DNA from: Octopus sinensis
Lineage: Eukaryota
NCBI RefSeq assembly: GCF_006345805.1
Contig: NW_021831924.1
Span: 1-55,636, forward strand
Reading direction: 5' to 3'
Length of the DNA: 55,636 bases
Part shown: one piece after another, positions 50,797 to 55,636 of the stretch
How positions within the stretch are numbered: the first letter of the stretch is position 1
Layout: each line of letters opens with the position of its first letter
Notes under the pieces: model-generated
Told to the model about the DNA's origin: nothing
Seen by the model: only the letters and a program-made list of their open reading frames with translations
Database searches by the model: none
Program-made: the position numbers and the translations under genes

Positions 50797-50970
50797 CAAC
50801 AACAACAACAATAACAAGAATAACACCTGCCCAAAATTCAATAATAATAAAACTAATAGCAACTGTAATAAAACGAATTCAAAATTCAGAAGAGTAACAA
50901 CGACGACGACGGCGACGACGGCGACGACGACGACGACAACAACAACACAACAACAACAACAACAACTGTT
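50283..50970. repeat. Triplet microsatellite cluster (GAA, GAG, AAT, ACT, GAC, AAC) with a small SINE fragment at ~50640-50730
   Basis: Direct reading. Confidence 0.9.
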
Positions 50971-51909
50971 ACAAGTTTCCGAGAACGAAACATGGCGTGA
51001 GAAATGTGTTGCAAATATGGCAGCTTTCAATTATTTTCTCGCGATCAAATGACTCTGCGTTTGCCACATTTTAAAGAATGATTATTTCTCGTTGGTAACA
51101 CAATCTTTTGTCAGTTCAAATGTCGTCTTATAGGAATAATTCAAAGTTGGTGAGCAGCAAAAGCAGAGAAAAGACTTCAATTCTTTCTCTCCTTTTTTCT
51201 TTTTTACCAAACATCTTACAGAATGATTTTTCACCGTTCATCGGACTCGCTTGTCTTTCATGGCGGACAGAATCTATTGGCGCTTCCGGTTATGGAATCC
51301 ATTGTCTTGCTGCATCAGCTGTGTCAGGTTTCCTTGATGGCATTTCCATTTGATTCATACGATTTCGTCACGCTGAATGCAATCTTAATCGAATTTCGTA
51401 CGTACTACACTACGCTACATAAGAAAAGCGCCGCTTGGCATTAAACCAAGATTAAGTATGGCTTACAGAAGAAGACTTACTGATTAACGACATAGATATG
51501 TATGTATTTATGTTGATGTACACACAACATATATGTGTTTGTATTTATGAGTGCGTTTGTGTGTATGTGAGTGTCTGAGTGTGTGTGTATGTGTGTGTGT
51601 ATATATATTATATACATACATATATATGTACATATATGAAGGCTAGTGATATGCAACTTGTTTATCATTGGAACGGTCTGACATTTCACTTACACATACA
51701 TGCATACATAATACATACATACACATACACAAACACACACACATATATATATATATCTATATGTGTGTGTGTGTGTGTGTGTGGGTGTGTGTGTGTATAT
51801 ACATGTCTAGGTTTATTTATGCATATTGTGTGTGTACATATTCATATATATATACACTCATGAATATCTATATATATATATTACACTCACACAGACACAC
51901 ACGTATATA

Positions 51910-51963
<54 letters not shown>

Positions 51964-52814
51964 CATACATACATATCTATATCTATATATATATACCTAT
52001 ATATAACAGATACACACATGCATGTTCTGTTCTGAAAAGGCAACAGTTCAGTAAATCATTTATCACCCTTCACGTGAAAATCTCATCGAAAACAAAACGA
52101 GAATCTTTTATTCCATGCGTTAGAGTGTCAGTTGACCGTGTTAACGAGTCAACAAGGCGTTAGATTACAACAACAACAACCACAATAATAATAGCAACAA
52201 CAACAGCAGCAACTGCACAGGAGGCCATTTTGTATCCTATAATCGACGATTTGTCTGTGTCAATGGACAAGTCACTTAGATAATTCTCGAGAATTGTCAG
52301 TAAGATGGGCAGGAGCACTGTAAAGTATGACGAATGTTCTGTTACTTTGTAGTATTTAACTGAATTTCCGTTGCTATGGTGAGAGTCGTGACTTTGTTCA
52401 GAATTCATCTCGTATCCATTGAACTTGCGTTTAAATTAGATACAACACACCGTCTCCACCATCGCTTCTTCTGTTGTCTTCATCGTCACATTTACCACTA
52501 CCTCTCTACCAGCCGTGCCACTACTTCCCATCCAGCGTGAATGTTTAATTTTTTTATGGTTCTTTAATCCTAGAAGAAGAGATACCTATATATTGAACAA
52601 AGGAAATGGTGACTTCTGTCCCTACCCACTACGCCGCGCCTAATATGACCTGAAAATGTTACCAAGGTAATCCTTTCAATACGGTATGATGATTTATCAT
52701 AATGATGTAACTGAAACAATATGCAATGCGAACCGTAACAAACATACAAACAAAATAGTTTTGAAGTTTAACATATTTTCTAAGATAAAGAATATTGGTG
52801 AATTACTTACCTTT

Positions 52815-52990
52815 TATATTGTATCAGTCATGGGACTGCAGCCATGCTGGGGCACAATTTTGAAGGGTTTAGTCGAACAAATCGATCCTAGAGTTTTTTT
52901 AAAGCCTGATTATTATTGAATCGGTTTTCTTTTGCCGAACTGTTAAGTCTCAAGTTTTACGAGGACATGAACACACTAACACCTGTTGGG
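52815..52990 (-). mobile_element. Diverged OK-like SINE 3' half
   Basis: CAGTCATGGGACTGCAGCCATGCTGGGGCAC...TAGTCGAACAAATCGATCC...TTGCCGAAC. Confidence 0.65.
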
Positions 52991-53003
52991 AGTAAAACAC
53001 TCA

Positions 53004-53055
<52 letters not shown>

Positions 53056-53164
53056 ACACACACACATATATATATATATATATAATATATATATATATAT
53101 GAAGAGAAGATTTTTTTATCAAAGAGTTAGGATTGAGAAAAGAACCATTTTAGAAACCGAAAAT

Positions 53165-54000
53165 CGAGGACTGTTTGAAGGACATCCAGACTCCCTATAT
53201 AAAGATTCCCAGACTATCTGATCTTAAATTAAGACCAATTGTAGCAGGACCAGCATCAGGCACACAAAGACTAAGCAACTTGCTTGACACAATTCTAAAA
53301 CCCTTATGTAAATTGGTCCCTAGTTTTATTAGAGAAGATATGGATTTATTAGAGAAGATATAGGAGGCGCAATGGCCCAGTGGTTAGGGCAGCGGACTTG
53401 CGGTCGGAGGATCGCGGTTTCGATTCCCAGACCGGGCGTTGTGTGTGTTTATTGAGCGAAAACACCTAAAAGCTCCACGAGGCTCCGGCAGGGGATGGTG
53501 GTGATCCCTGCTGTACTCTTTCACCACTCTAAAGGCGGTGCTCCAGCATGGCCGCAGTCAAATGACTGAAACAAGTACAAAAAAAAAAAAAAATTTCCTA
53601 AACCACATTCCAAAAAGAGCGAACAAAGAAACCATATTAGTCAGCTTTGATGTAGTCAGCCTCTACACCAACATCCCCCATAACTTAGGACGAGAAGCAG
53701 TAGAGTTCTGGATACACAAACACCCACAAGGAATCCAAGAAAGATTCTCCAAGGAGTTCATACTTGAAGGGCTACAGCTAGTGCTAGGAAATAATTACTT
53801 CTTTTTTGACAACCAATACTACCTACATATACATGGGACTGCAGTTATTTGGAAGAAAAAAATCTACTGTTTATCTCAGACTTCTTTTGGCCAAAACTTC
53901 CACTCATACCTAGTGGGAAACTGGAAAAGACACTTGGATGACTGCTTTATATATGGAACAGAAGTAAAGAAGACCTTCAAAAGTTTTTCGAAATAATAAA
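53165..54000 (+). mobile_element. Penelope-like element RT remnant, interrupted by a SINE
   Basis: KIPRLSDLKLRPIVAGPASGTQRLSNLLDTILKPL...PSFIREDMD | FLNHIP...LVSFDVVSLYTNIPH...LVLGNNYFFFDNQYY..IHGTA...WKRHLDDCFI. Confidence 0.85.
53363..53593 (+). mobile_element. Chimeric SINE: OR1-like head fused to OK-like tail with poly(A)
   Basis: 53363-53528 matches the OR1-like head; from about 53529 CTAAAGGCGGTGCTCCAGCATGGCCGCAGTCAAATGACTGAAACAAGTAC(A)n matches the OK-like tail. Confidence 0.8.
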
Positions 54001-54003
54001 CAA

Positions 54004-54616
54004 CAGGAGTGGCTGTGTGGTAACTAGCTTGCTTACCAACCAAATGGTTCCGGGTTCAGTCCCACTGCGGGGTACCTTGGGCAAGTGTCTTCTACTATAG
54101 CCTCGGACCGGCCAAAGCCTTGTGAGTGGATTTGGTTGACGAAAACTGAAAGAAGCCCGTCGTTATATATATGGTAATATATATATATCTATATATATAG
54201 TGAATTGAAGAAATGGAGTTGAACGAAGATTGAACAGAAATCATTCAGAAATCTATTTCACAAAAATAATATATATATATATATATATATATAATTATAT
54301 ATATAGGTGATAATAATATATATATATACTATATAATATATTATATATATATATATTATATATATATATGGTGTGTGTGTGTGGTGTGTGTGCGTTGTGC
54401 GTCTGTGCTTGTGTGTCTGTGTTTGTCCCCCAACACGCTTGACAACCGATGCTGGTGTGTTTGCGTCCCCGTAACTTAGCGGTTCGGCAAAAGAGACCGA
54501 TAGAATAAGTACTAGGCTTACAAAGAATAAGTCCTGAGGTCGATTTGCTCGACTAAAGGCGGTGCTCCAGCGTGGCCGCAGTCAAATGACTGAAACAAGT
54601 AAAAGAGTAAAAGAGA
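54004..54616 (+). mobile_element. OK-like SINE with a PLE-arm terminal fragment in its internal (TA)n
   Basis: Family head and tail present; 54200-54244 matches 3577-3620. Confidence 0.85.
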
Positions 54617-55636
54617 TACAAATTTGAAATTTTGTCAGAGGGTGCTTTATATACCACTGGTTTATAGTTATGTAATTTTAGCTGATCTTGCTGAATAAAT
54701 TTGACTTTTATGAGCAGGTCAATTTAATTAACATGTGTAAAAGCAATAACATTATGGATAAACACTAAAATTGAAATTCTTAATGCATCTTACCTGTTTG
54801 ATTTGTTACTAAAATTATCCCAGAGGTCAACCGACAAAAGTTTTACTACTTTTCAAGATGAGGTACATAAATTTGAATTAATTAAAATACAGGTATTATT
54901 GGTACAAAATTTTATTCTTTCGATAAATATTTCGTACCTCGGTGTGGAATAATTATATTCCATAGTTTTTTTCAGGTGCATTCAAACCTGCTGAAAGCCA
55001 CTTTTTTCCGGAAAAGAAAGGTAGGAGGGTGCCTCAAAGTTTCCCACTAAGGAAGTTTTGTTTCGCGTGTCTTTTTTTCTTTTCCAGGTTATTTTGTATG
55101 CTTTCAACGAATGTGACATCGAAACCACACGTAAACAGCTCCTTTTTCCAGAAAGGAAAGATTTGGCTGCTATTTCTAGCATGTTCTGCTACCTTGTAAC
55201 AGCTGTTTGTGTTTACACCGAAATATTTACCAACTTTTTTCCTTCCATTTATTTTTTTCCACTTTATGGAAGTCAATATTTCTCTGTTGACATCCCCCTC
55301 AGTTAATTTGACTTTTCTTCCAGTTCTGTGCTTTCTGGAAGAAAATCCCTCACATTATCTCATAGCTACGAGAATTTGTTTATTTTTTTAAAAGATTTCA
55401 TAGAGGAATTAGATACAACGTATTATGGCCGGTTTAAACATTAAAAGGTTAAAAAGTGCCGAAACTATAAAATTAGCTTTTTTGACCTTTTTGAGGGCTT
55501 TGGAACCCCAAAACTATAGTTTTATTTGCTTACAGTTAAAAAATGCTGATTTTATAGTTTTAAATTTCAAAGAGCTTAAAAAAAGCTGATTTCATAGTTT
55601 TGGCCCTTTTAAAAAGGATTTTAGGGCTAGAAACGG

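Noticed and set aside
52160-52408. 82-aa ORF with a non-repetitive N-terminus (MNSEQSHD...)
   Set aside because: No recognisable motif, it ends in an (AAC)n tract, and its length is compatible with chance.

Overview
This is repeat-saturated eukaryotic DNA with no convincing host protein-coding gene. The SINE families, microsatellite load and TE mix point to an octopus (Octopus sp.) intergenic or large-intron region; the species call is inferred from the repeats only. Nearly all ORFs in the supplied track are microsatellite artefacts. Recognisable content: >20 tRNA-derived SINE copies of three main families (probably the octopus OK/OR1/OR2 types), remnants of RTE, Tx1/L1 and R4/Dong-like LINEs, two mariner remnants, a decayed autonomous Helitron with an intact 3' end, a non-autonomous Helitron, a hAT MITE, and several Penelope-like element (PLE) remnants. 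The most notable signal is a set of hammerhead ribozyme (HHR) motifs, read by eye. Two canonical type I HHRs sit in the ~670-bp inverted arms of a PLE derivative that keeps only its GIY-YIG domain (3566-5367). One near-perfect type I HHR lies at 46081-46173, and there are variant or degenerate ones at 40279, 46476 and 47334. A three-copy repeat (11882, 20852, 21205) carries all three hammerhead core strands with pairable helices in a non-canonical order, a possible pseudoknotted or permuted hammerhead. All folds and translations were done by hand. Many indels may be long-read errors.
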